DNA of 64,000 nucleotides from Bacteroidales bacterium (GTDB lineage Bacteria; Bacteroidota; Bacteroidia; Bacteroidales; UBA10428): assembly GCA_016934395.1 (NCBI GenBank), contig JAFGSZ010000008.1, positions 16,421-80,420 of the forward strand. Reading direction: 5' to 3'. Both the position numbers and the translations under genes were made by a program. The notes below the pieces were generated by a model. The model saw only the letters and a program-made list of their open reading frames with translations, made no database searches and was not told the DNA's origin. The number at the start of each line of letters is the position of its first letter. Positions within the stretch are counted from its first letter, which is position 1. Of the stretch, positions 9,995-19,000 are shown one piece after another.

Positions 9995-10855
9995 TTAATA
10001 AATATTAAAATATCCCCTGTTAAGGGCATCGTTATAAACATTAGATTCGACTTGCTTAATCAGTTGAATTTTACGTTTGTTTAAAATTATACTTTTAATA
10101 TCAGACTTTACAAAGCTTAAAGGCGCGGGCATGCTGGTTAATTGATATTCTTTTATTTTCAGGAAATAATAATACAAAGAATCCTGGCTTTCAAAATACT
10201 TCCTGTATTGTAATTGGTTCTGGGGATTATAAATTTTATTTGGAAGTGCCTTTTCAATTTCTGAAAAATACACCCAGTTATCATTAAAATAATCATATTT
10301 GGTTGCATATTGATAACAATAGGCTTCCATGCGTGCAAGATTCGTTTCGTCATCTGATTTGTACCACGACCGAAGACGATAAATTTCAGGAGCTTCTCTG
10401 GGAACCTGAATAAAAAGGGCCTTAACAAGATTATCGTTTAATACAAAATTCCGCGTATTGCTGTTGTAATACTTTTCTATTTCCTGGTCACTTACTACCG
10501 TATCAAGTTTTTGACTTATCAGGCTTTGTTCATATTTAAATATGAGCAATGAGGTCCTGTAATCTTCAATTTGCGAGTCTACATTTTTCTGGTCATCAGA
10601 TAAATTCATCTCAGCTTTGTTTAACAATAGCTGCCGATGAACCCATTTTTCAATAAAATCCCTGACTACTGTCTCACTATCTGCCGGAGCCATATTATCG
10701 GATAGTACTTTCCTAAGGTCAGAAGGATAAAGATATTTATTCTGTACCCGTGCCACCGGTTTTTCTTTTGGTATAGATTCAGAATTTCTACACGCAAAAA
10801 CCACAAAAAACATCAGGATACCAGCAAATTTTAAAATTGTTTTAATTTTCACCAC
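9995..10855 (-). CDS. SurA-N-domain-like lipoprotein without a recognisable PPIase domain
   Basis: GTG start. It has a signal with a lipobox-like VVFAC and helical chaperone-like sequence. It lies between two parvulin genes on the same strand. Confidence 0.45.
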   Translation of the reverse strand: MVKIKTILKFAGILMFFVVFACRNSESIPKEKPVARVQNKYLYPSDLRKVLSDNMAPADSETVVRDFIEKWVHRQLLLNKAEMNLSDDQKNVDSQIEDYRTSLLIFKYEQSLISQKLDTVVSDQEIEKYYNSNTRNFVLNDNLVKALFIQVPREAPEIYRLRSWYKSDDETNLARMEAYCYQYATKYDYFNDNWVYFSEIEKALPNKIYNPQNQLQYRKYFESQDSLYYYFLKIKEYQLTSMPAPLSFVKSDIKSIILNKRKIQLIKQVESNVYNDALNRGYFNIY

Positions 10856-10861
10856 AGTATA

Positions 10862-12817
10862 TTATTTAATTGTATTAAGCAAGTCTTTATTCACTGTAAT
10901 GGTATATTTTGCCCGCAAATTCTTTATCCATTCTTCATCCAGATAATTTTGATAATCGGCAGTTATTATTCCCAGGGCTTCATTTAATTCTTTTGGCCGG
11001 GGAGAAACTAATTTATTTATAACAACCACAATTATTTTGCCACTATCTTTAAATTCTTTAATAGTTCCTTTTTTCCATTCTGTTGAATCAATCCACTGGT
11101 TTTCTTTTCCTTCAAAAATATCATCTCTGATTTCCAAACAGGGAACAGAATCTATTGGACAAATCAAATTTAAAAATTCTTCGGAAGCATATTTCTTTTT
11201 CGCTCTTTTTTTAGCATATTTTAACAGAGTTCCCAAAATTTCGGGATTTTCGGTAGTATATATCGAAGCATCCACCCTTTCGTCCCACATGTAATTGTTT
11301 TTATGCTGACTATAAAATTTCCGCAACCCTACAGTGTCGGTAACTGCTTTATTCCAAACAACATCTTTTGTAAGATTAAATAACAAAATCCCGTCGTGAT
11401 ATTCCTGCATCAGGTATTTAAATTCAGGATATTTTTCCTCCAGCTGATTTTCCTCAAAAGCAATAATTTCTTTTTTTCGGAACTCAAGATACGCATTATT
11501 AATAAAAGTTTGCAGGTTTGTTTGTTTTCCGGGGGGTTGCAGCCGGGATAAATACAACGCAAAATTTTGCTGAGAGTAGTCATTGTTTCCCAGGCTAAAC
11601 AATGGGTCGTTCATTTCAGTGATAGCAATATAATCCCAGTTTCCCTGGTATATACTACTATCTGCCACTTCATAAAAAGCATTAAGATTATCCGGGTATT
11701 CTTTAAACCCGTTTTCTTTTTTAATCTTTTCAATGGCTTTTTCTTCTGTCATTTTCCCCCGTTCATCACGAACAATCTTACTTTCCAGTTCAGAACGTAA
11801 TTCTTCGAATGGTCCAATGGGTTTTTTATCAATAAGTTTAATGATATGCCAGCCAAAATCGGTTAATACAGGTTCGGATATGTCACCGGGATTTTTCAGC
11901 AAAAATGCCGCATCCTCAAATGCCGGGGGCAACATGCCGCTTTTAATCCAGCGCAATTCACCCCCGTTTTGGGCGGAGTTAAAATCTTCAGAATATTTCT
12001 GAGCCAACTCTGCAAAATCTTTTCCCTGTTTTATTTGGTCATAATATTCTTTGCTTTTATTATAAGCGTCCTGAATATTTTTATTTGATGAACCGTTGGC
12101 AACCCTGATCATGATATGAGCTACTTTAATTTCGCCCCGTGAAGGCCGCTTATCATTTACTTTTATAATGTGATATCCGAATCGGGTACGCACAGGCATT
12201 GAAATTTCTCCTACAGAAGTTTGATATGCAGCATTTTCAAAAGGATAAATCATTTTGAATGCTGAAAACCAGCCCAGATTTCCACTGTTTTGTTTTGCTG
12301 AAGGATCGTCTGATGTAGCCCTGGCTACTTCTTCAAACGGCTCACCTTTAAGCACCCTGCTCCGGATTTCCATTATTTTATTCCAGGCGTATAATGTATC
12401 TGCCGGCGATAATCCGGGATTTATCCTTATAAGAATATGGCTGGCATTAACTTCGAGTTTAGTACGCTCATATGCCTCTTTCAACAGAGAATCTTTAATA
12501 CTCTTATCTTCGAGATAAGGTTTTGCCAATTGATTCTTATAACCTGCCAATTCATCTATAAACGATTTTATCGTATCGTATCCCAAATCAACTGCTTCAA
12601 AAACTTTTAGCTTATAATTTATAAACAGATCAAGGTATTCATCAACAGACTTATTTGAGGTATCAGAAAAAGATCTGTTTTTCTGATACATTCGTTCAAA
12701 CTCATCTTTTGTAACCTTTTTGTCATTCAAGGTGATTAGAACGTTATTTTCCTGAGAATTAGCGGAAAAAATTCCGGTAAAAGCAATACAAAATAACAGG
12801 ATAAAAAATTTTCTCAT
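10862..12817 (-). CDS. PpiD/SurA-like chaperone with two parvulin PPIase domains
   Basis: Has a signal peptide and two parvulin units: ASHILIR...GNLGWF...FGYHIIKV and VAHIMIRV...GELRWI...FGWHIIKL. Confidence 0.8.
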   Translation of the reverse strand: MRKFFILLFCIAFTGIFSANSQENNVLITLNDKKVTKDEFERMYQKNRSFSDTSNKSVDEYLDLFINYKLKVFEAVDLGYDTIKSFIDELAGYKNQLAKPYLEDKSIKDSLLKEAYERTKLEVNASHILIRINPGLSPADTLYAWNKIMEIRSRVLKGEPFEEVARATSDDPSAKQNSGNLGWFSAFKMIYPFENAAYQTSVGEISMPVRTRFGYHIIKVNDKRPSRGEIKVAHIMIRVANGSSNKNIQDAYNKSKEYYDQIKQGKDFAELAQKYSEDFNSAQNGGELRWIKSGMLPPAFEDAAFLLKNPGDISEPVLTDFGWHIIKLIDKKPIGPFEELRSELESKIVRDERGKMTEEKAIEKIKKENGFKEYPDNLNAFYEVADSSIYQGNWDYIAITEMNDPLFSLGNNDYSQQNFALYLSRLQPPGKQTNLQTFINNAYLEFRKKEIIAFEENQLEEKYPEFKYLMQEYHDGILLFNLTKDVVWNKAVTDTVGLRKFYSQHKNNYMWDERVDASIYTTENPEILGTLLKYAKKRAKKKYASEEFLNLICPIDSVPCLEIRDDIFEGKENQWIDSTEWKKGTIKEFKDSGKIIVVVINKLVSPRPKELNEALGIITADYQNYLDEEWIKNLRAKYTITVNKDLLNTIK

Positions 12818-12865
12818 AATTTAACTTCTGGTTTATTATGAAACGAATTCTGGTCAATGTTATTA

Positions 12866-14335
12866 TTATCTGCTATAATTAGGCGCTTCGCGCGTTATAG
12901 TAACATCATGAGGATGACTTTCGTGCATACCTGAATTGGTAATACGCACGAATTTTGCATTCATAAGTTTTTCAATACTGGGAGCGCCACAATATCCCAT
13001 ACCTGCCCTGAGGCCGCCAATTAACTGATAAATAACCTCAGATAACGTTCCTTTATAAGGTACGCGGGCCACAATTCCTTCTGGCACCAGTTTACTAATC
13101 TCTTCATCAGGGTCCTGGAAATACCGGTCTCTTGATCCTTGCTGCATCGCCTCAATGGAACCCATTCCCCGGTACGATTTATATTTTCTTCCGTTATAAA
13201 TAATGGTCTCACCTGGAGATTCTTCAACACCGGCAAATAGAGACCCGGCCATAATAGAATTGGCGCCGGCAGCAATGGCTTTCACGATATCTCCCGAATA
13301 TCGTATGCCGCCATCGGCTATTATCGGAACACCTTTTCCTTTTATCCCGTCGTACACGTCAAAAATTGCAGATAATTGCGGAACGCCAACACCGGCAATT
13401 ACGCGGGTTGTGCATATAGATCCGGGACCAATACCCACCTTAACTCCATCTGCCCCGGCTTTCACCAGTTCAATAGCTGCTTCTTTGGTAGCAATATTTC
13501 CCACAACGACGTCCTTATCGGGATATTTTTGCTTTATTTCTTTAAGAAGACGAATTACGGCCCTGCTATGGCCATGCGCCGTATCAATAATCAAAGCATC
13601 CGCATCGGCATGAATAAGCGCCTCAACCCGGTCCATACTGTCGGGAGTAACACCAATTCCCGCAGCTACGCGCAACCGGCCTTTGAAATCTTTGCATGAA
13701 TTAGGCCGGTCTTTAGCCTTGGTAATATCTTTATAAGTAATCAGACCGATTAGTTTGTGATTTTCATCCACCACCGGTAGTTTCTCGATCTTATATTTCT
13801 GTAAAATGTCAGCAGCTTTTTCAAGATTGGTTTCAGTAGAAGTAGTAATGATATTTTCATGGGTCATAACCTCGCTTATGGGCCTGTAAATGTTTTGCTC
13901 AAAACGCAAATCCCGGTTGGTTACTATTCCAATAAGTGTATGATGGTTGCCTACTACCGGTATTCCACCAATTTTAAATTCTTTCATTAAATTCAGGGCA
14001 TCGCCAACAGTAGCCTCCTTTTCAATGGTAATCGGATCATAAATCATTCCGTTCTCGGCACGCTTTACTGTTTTTATTTGTTTGGCCTGATCTTCTATAC
14101 TCATATTTTTATGAAGCACTCCCATACCCCCTTCACGGGCAATGGCAATAGCAAGCTGGGCTTCTGTAACGGTATCCATTGCAGCGGATACAATGGGTGT
14201 ATTTAATATTATATTTCTTGAAAATTTTGTGGAAATATCAACTTCCTTTGGCAACACTTCGGAATATCCTGGAACCAACAGCACATCGTCAAAAGTAAGG
14301 CCTTCTGATATTATTTTTTCGGAGATTGATGCCAT
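12866..14335 (-). CDS. guaB: IMP dehydrogenase
   Basis: 489 aa with an embedded CBS pair, the catalytic loop GIGPGSICTTR, and GGIRYSGD. Confidence 0.97.
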   Translation of the reverse strand: MASISEKIISEGLTFDDVLLVPGYSEVLPKEVDISTKFSRNIILNTPIVSAAMDTVTEAQLAIAIAREGGMGVLHKNMSIEDQAKQIKTVKRAENGMIYDPITIEKEATVGDALNLMKEFKIGGIPVVGNHHTLIGIVTNRDLRFEQNIYRPISEVMTHENIITTSTETNLEKAADILQKYKIEKLPVVDENHKLIGLITYKDITKAKDRPNSCKDFKGRLRVAAGIGVTPDSMDRVEALIHADADALIIDTAHGHSRAVIRLLKEIKQKYPDKDVVVGNIATKEAAIELVKAGADGVKVGIGPGSICTTRVIAGVGVPQLSAIFDVYDGIKGKGVPIIADGGIRYSGDIVKAIAAGANSIMAGSLFAGVEESPGETIIYNGRKYKSYRGMGSIEAMQQGSRDRYFQDPDEEISKLVPEGIVARVPYKGTLSEVIYQLIGGLRAGMGYCGAPSIEKLMNAKFVRITNSGMHESHPHDVTITREAPNYSR

Positions 14336-14482
14336 CTTAAGTATTTTATTTAATTTTAAATTGTGCGAAATTACAAAATTTTTAAGTGAATTTAGGTTTC
14401 ATATTGATTATATCTGAAAATTATCTTGCCTGTGACACATGTCCGGGCCGTTTTTTAGTAATTTTTCCGAATCAGCTGACAA

Positions 14483-16387
14483 ATGGATATCTACCACGAG
14501 ATACTTCTTAAATATTGGGGATATAAAAAATTCAGGCCGTTACAGCACGAAATTATCAAATCTGTTGCTAATGGCACTGACACGCTGGCGTTAATGCCCA
14601 CAGGTGGCGGCAAATCGATAACTTTTCAGGTTCCTGCCATAGCCATGGAAGGATTATGCCTTGTGGTTACTCCATTAATCGCACTGATGAAAGACCAGGT
14701 TGAAAACCTGAATAAACTGGGTATAAGCGCACTGGCTATCCATTCCGGGATGTCACGGGATGAAATTGATATTACACTGGAAAATGCCATTTACGGGAAC
14801 TATAAATTCCTGTATGTATCCCCTGAGCGCCTTGGAACGGAAATTTTCAGGGTACGGGCAGAAAACATGAAGATAAATCTGATTACCGTTGATGAAGCTC
14901 ATTGTATATCTCAATGGGGTTATGATTTCAGGCCATCGTACTTAAAAATAGCCGAACTTCGTTCAATTTTACCCGAAGCCACAATTTTAGCCCTTACGGC
15001 CACAGCAGCCCCTGAAGTAGCAGAAGATATACAGGATAAACTCGAATTCAAAAACAAAAACCTGCTTAAGGTTAGTTTCGCACGGGAAAACCTTGTTTAC
15101 CATGTTCAGTATTCAGAAAATAAAACTGCTGATATCTTAAAAGTGGCCAAAAACATTAAAGGCTGTGGAATTATTTATGTGAGAAGCCGGAAAAAAGCCA
15201 AAGAAATTGCTTTAAATTTAGTGAAAAACAAAATCTCTGCCGACTATTATCATGCCGGATTGCCGCATGAAATCAGAAACCAGAAGCAGTTATCATGGAC
15301 TAAGGGAGAAACCAGGATAATTGTTGCCACAAATGCTTTTGGGATGGGTATAGATAAACCTGACGTGCGGTTTGTACTGCATGTTGACCTGCCCGATTCA
15401 CTCGAGGCTTATTACCAGGAAGCAGGCCGTGCCGGAAGGGACAGACAAAAATCATTTGCCATTTTATTATGCAACAATTCAGATAAGGCCGTTGCCGGAC
15501 AACGTATGGCGGTTTCATTTCCTCCTGCGGATACCATAAAAAAAGTCTACCAGGCCCTGGGAAATTTTTTAAAAGTGCCTTATGGAAGCGGTAAAGATCT
15601 GGCATACGATTTTCACCTGGCAGATTTTGCATCTACATATAACCTAAACCTGCTTACGGCATACAACAGCCTTAAAATTCTTGAACGTGAGGGTTATCTT
15701 GAGCTTACCGACGAACTGAATAATCCTTCAAGAATTCTGTTTCTTGTGTCGCGCGAAGAATTGTATAAATTCCAGGTAGCCAATGCCGGTTTTGATGCTT
15801 TTATAAAACTTGTGCTTCGCTCCTATACAGGCGTATTTACAAATTTTACAGGCATTGACGAAATATCACTGGCGCAAAAAGCCGGGGTGCAGGTTGATGT
15901 GGTTTATAAGTACCTTGGTAAACTTAATACCCTGGGTATAATAAAATATATACCCCAGAAAAAAACCCCGTTAATTATATATACCTCAGAACGTCTGGAT
16001 GAAAAATCCCTGATTATCTCAAAAGAAAACTATAAAGTACGAAAAGAAAAATACATCTTTCGAATGGAAAGTGTTCTTCATTATGCCTTTAGCAACAATA
16101 CCTGCAGGAGTCAGATTCTTCTGAAATATTTTGGTGAAACCGACTCAAATCCATGCGATGTGTGCGATGTGTGCAAACGGAATATTGAACGTGAAATTAA
16201 CGAGAGTGAGTTTAATCTTGTGGTTGACGAAATTAAAGCCCGCCTGACACTTGGAAGCCTCAGTATTAAAGAACTGGCAGACCAGGTACCCTTTAAAGAT
16301 GAAAAGGTACTTGAAATTATCCGATGGCTGATTGATAATGATAAAATTTCATATTCCGGGGGTGAAAATCTGGTTTGGAAAGAATAG
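14483..16387 (+). CDS. recQ: RecQ-family ATP-dependent DNA helicase
   Basis: Motifs are MPTGGGKS (Walker A), VDEAHCISQWGYDFRPSY (DEAH), TNAFGMGIDKPDVRFVLH, YYQEAGRAGRD and the Zn-binding CRSQ...CDVCDVC. I recognised no HRDC domain. Confidence 0.93.
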   Translation: MDIYHEILLKYWGYKKFRPLQHEIIKSVANGTDTLALMPTGGGKSITFQVPAIAMEGLCLVVTPLIALMKDQVENLNKLGISALAIHSGMSRDEIDITLENAIYGNYKFLYVSPERLGTEIFRVRAENMKINLITVDEAHCISQWGYDFRPSYLKIAELRSILPEATILALTATAAPEVAEDIQDKLEFKNKNLLKVSFARENLVYHVQYSENKTADILKVAKNIKGCGIIYVRSRKKAKEIALNLVKNKISADYYHAGLPHEIRNQKQLSWTKGETRIIVATNAFGMGIDKPDVRFVLHVDLPDSLEAYYQEAGRAGRDRQKSFAILLCNNSDKAVAGQRMAVSFPPADTIKKVYQALGNFLKVPYGSGKDLAYDFHLADFASTYNLNLLTAYNSLKILEREGYLELTDELNNPSRILFLVSREELYKFQVANAGFDAFIKLVLRSYTGVFTNFTGIDEISLAQKAGVQVDVVYKYLGKLNTLGIIKYIPQKKTPLIIYTSERLDEKSLIISKENYKVRKEKYIFRMESVLHYAFSNNTCRSQILLKYFGETDSNPCDVCDVCKRNIEREINESEFNLVVDEIKARLTLGSLSIKELADQVPFKDEKVLEIIRWLIDNDKISYSGGENLVWKE

Positions 16388-16462
16388 AAACAACTTTCAG
16401 GTAAATTCCGGTTTATTGTATTAACTTCATATGTTTTACTATTAATTTTTGATTTTAGGTAT

Positions 16463-16470
16463 TACCTTTG
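16463..16470 (+). promoter_or_regulatory. Bacteroidota -7 box (TAccTTTG)
   Basis: tacctttg lies 24 nt upstream of the ATG at 16494, in the gap between recQ and the next gene. Confidence 0.45.
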
Positions 16471-16493
16471 TCGTATTGAAAAATAATTTATCA

Positions 16494-17153
16494 ATGGACA
16501 AGACCGGGGATTTGGTATATTCAAAAAATGTAATTGAATTTGTTGCCGTTGCCAACGAATACTGTGCATTTATTGATAATGTTGAAAAATTAAAACTTAA
16601 ACAGTTTGTCGATAAAATACATAAAATTTTACCTTTATTGTATTTAAAAGCTACCTTACTGCCAACCATTGAAACGCAATTTGATGAAGCCAATGAAAAA
16701 TTTGTTTCGGAATACGAATACAATCAGATACAAAACAAACTGCTGAATAAATTAGGACAGTACGATACCTATCAAAAGGAACTGGACCCTACCGCACTTG
16801 AAACCGATGAACCTTTGGGTGGAAGCCTTTCCGAAGACCTGTCTGACATTTACCAGGATATGAAAGACTTTTTAATGCTTTACAGAATCAGCACCAACGA
16901 AATAATGAACGATGCTATCTGGGAGTGCAAATACAACTTTGAAGAATATTGGGGACAATCCCTTGTAAATGCCCTAAGGGTGTTTCACGTTCTCCGGTAT
17001 GGAGGTATGGAACTTGAAGATCAATTGGTCAGAAACGTCCAAAACAAAAAAGATGCCGACGATGACAATGGTGACGGCGATTTTGAGGATATAGATACAA
17101 GTTCGTGGATTATTAATAAAAGATTTGAGGATTTTCAGACTAATGAAGAGTAA
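16494..17153 (+). CDS. Acidic hypothetical protein, DUF5063-like
   Basis: I prefer the start at MDKTGDLVYSKNVIEF, with the ATG confirmed at 16494. The C-terminus is acidic (DADDDNGDGDFEDID). The family name is from memory only. Confidence 0.5.
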   Translation: MDKTGDLVYSKNVIEFVAVANEYCAFIDNVEKLKLKQFVDKIHKILPLLYLKATLLPTIETQFDEANEKFVSEYEYNQIQNKLLNKLGQYDTYQKELDPTALETDEPLGGSLSEDLSDIYQDMKDFLMLYRISTNEIMNDAIWECKYNFEEYWGQSLVNALRVFHVLRYGGMELEDQLVRNVQNKKDADDDNGDGDFEDIDTSSWIINKRFEDFQTNEE

Positions 17154-17763
17154 GTTTCCATTTCAACAAAAAATATCAAAAGATGAAATTTATGATTTAC
17201 CCATAAACCAGTTTTCAGGTAAAATTCATATAATTGACACTCCGGAGAAATCAAGGGATGCCTGTGCAATTTTAAAAAATCAATCTGTACTTGGATTTGA
17301 TACTGAGACAAAACCGGCATTTAAAAAAGGAGTTATTAATCCTGTTGCGCTTGTTCAGCTGGCTACCGAAGATGAAGCCTTTTTATTCCGGTTAAACCGG
17401 ATAACATTTAGCAACGGACTTATAGATATCCTTAAAAATAAAAACATCATTAAAATTGGCGTAGCCATTAAAGATGACCTGAAAACACTTAAAAAATTAC
17501 ATCATTTTACACCCGCTAATTTTATTGACCTACAATCCTTTGTTAAAGATTTTGGAATTGAAGACAACGGATTAAAAAAACTGGTGGCCAACATATTAAA
17601 TTTCAGAATATCAAAACAGCAGCAAACCTCCAACTGGGAAAGCCCTGAACTTACTCAGGCACAAATAGAATATGCTGCCACAGATGCCTGGGTTTGCCTT
17701 GAAATTTTTAATAAACTGAATGAAGTGAAGGAAGATGATGAGCAGGGTGAAAATAACGCTTAA
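17143..17763 (+). CDS. DEDDy 3'-5' exonuclease (RNase D / WRN-exo-like domain)
   Basis: Motifs are ExoI GFDTETKP, ExoII KIGVAIKDDLKTL and ExoIII YAATDAW. The ATG at 17143 overlaps the upstream stop (ATGAAGAGTAA), which suggests translational coupling. Confidence 0.85.
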   Translation: MKSKFPFQQKISKDEIYDLPINQFSGKIHIIDTPEKSRDACAILKNQSVLGFDTETKPAFKKGVINPVALVQLATEDEAFLFRLNRITFSNGLIDILKNKNIIKIGVAIKDDLKTLKKLHHFTPANFIDLQSFVKDFGIEDNGLKKLVANILNFRISKQQQTSNWESPELTQAQIEYAATDAWVCLEIFNKLNEVKEDDEQGENNA

Positions 17764-18922
17764 GTCGGGAAAAGAACAATCCATAAAAAGATATCATCCC
17801 TGGATTTTTTCAGGAGCCATAAAACATATCGACGGGAAACCTGCTGAAGGTGACATAGTGGATGTGTATTCCAATAAAAATGAATTTCTCGCCACCGGGC
17901 ATTACCAGATCGGGTCAATAGCCATTCGTATTGTATCTTTTACGCAGACTGCAGCAGATTATGAGTTCTGGAAGTTCAAAATACAATCGGCTTTCCTTCT
18001 TCGTAAAGAGTTAAAACTTACAAACAACCCGGAAACAAATGCCTACAGGCTGGTTCATGGCGAAGGGGACAATATGCCCGGATTAATAATCGATTTTTAC
18101 AATGGTACAGCTGTAATGCAGATGCATTCTATCGGCATGTATTTACTCCGGCACACTTTTGTTGATATTTTACGTGAAATTTATGGTAAGGACCTGCATG
18201 CGGTGTTCGATAAAAGCGAATCGACCCTGCCCTTTAAAGCAGGGATAAACGCAAAAAATGAATATCTGTATGGAGCTAAATCTTCCACTGAAATTTTAGA
18301 ATATGGTAACCGTTTTCTGGTTGATTGGGAGAATGGTCAAAAAACCGGATTTTTTCTTGACCAGCGCGAAAACCGAAAACTCCTTTCCAAATATTCAAAA
18401 AACCGGGATATCCTGAACATGTTTTGTTTTACAGGCGGATTTTCTGTTTATGGGCTTCATGGTGAAGCAAACCTGGTACATTCCGTTGACAGTTCTGAAA
18501 AAGCAATGGATCAAACCGAAAAAAATATTGCCCTGAACTTTAAAGATTTAAGCAGGCATAAAAGTATTACAGCCAATGCTTTTCAATTTTTAAATTCTAT
18601 TCACAACCAGTACGACCTGATTATTCTTGACCCGCCGGCTTTTGCAAAACACCATAATGTACTAAACCAGGCCCTTATGGGGTATAAAAACTTAAATGCA
18701 AAAGCTTTTGAGCATATCAGACCGGGAGGAATAGTTTTTACATTTTCCTGTTCGCAGGTAGTTTCTAAAGAAGATTTCAAAAAAAGTATTTTTGTTGCTG
18801 CTGCCAACAGTGGCCGTGATATTAAAATAATACACCAACTCACTCAGCCTGCAGATCACCCGGTAAACATTTACCATCCCGAAGGGGAATACCTGAAAGG
18901 ACTTGTATTGTATGTTCATTAA
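17735..18922 (+). CDS. rlmI: Class I SAM-dependent 23S rRNA (cytosine-C5) methyltransferase, RlmI-like
   Basis: Has an N-terminal PUA-like region, MFCFTGGFSV (SAM motif I) and ILDPPAFAK (motif IV). It overlaps the end of the exonuclease gene. Confidence 0.85.
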   Translation: MMSRVKITLKSGKEQSIKRYHPWIFSGAIKHIDGKPAEGDIVDVYSNKNEFLATGHYQIGSIAIRIVSFTQTAADYEFWKFKIQSAFLLRKELKLTNNPETNAYRLVHGEGDNMPGLIIDFYNGTAVMQMHSIGMYLLRHTFVDILREIYGKDLHAVFDKSESTLPFKAGINAKNEYLYGAKSSTEILEYGNRFLVDWENGQKTGFFLDQRENRKLLSKYSKNRDILNMFCFTGGFSVYGLHGEANLVHSVDSSEKAMDQTEKNIALNFKDLSRHKSITANAFQFLNSIHNQYDLIILDPPAFAKHHNVLNQALMGYKNLNAKAFEHIRPGGIVFTFSCSQVVSKEDFKKSIFVAAANSGRDIKIIHQLTQPADHPVNIYHPEGEYLKGLVLYVH

Positions 18923-18940
18923 AAACCCTGCAAATTAAGC

Positions 18941-18975
18941 ATAAAAAATGCCGGGTCTAAAAAAGAACCCGGCAT
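18941..18975 (-). terminator. Rho-independent terminator of pepF, between two convergent genes
   Basis: A perfect 9-bp stem ATGCCGGGT-N10-ACCCGGCAT at 18948-18975. On the minus strand it is followed by TTTTTTAT (18947-18941). Confidence 0.6.
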
Positions 18976-19000
18976 GCACAATTTAAAACTTCAGGGATTT

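Noticed and set aside
16154-16174. A tandem 9-nt duplication TGCGATGTG TGCGATGTG TGC within recQ.
   Set aside because: It simply encodes the CDVCDVC part of the RecQ zinc-binding Cys cluster. It is in frame and has functional coding sequence, so it is not an independent repeat element.
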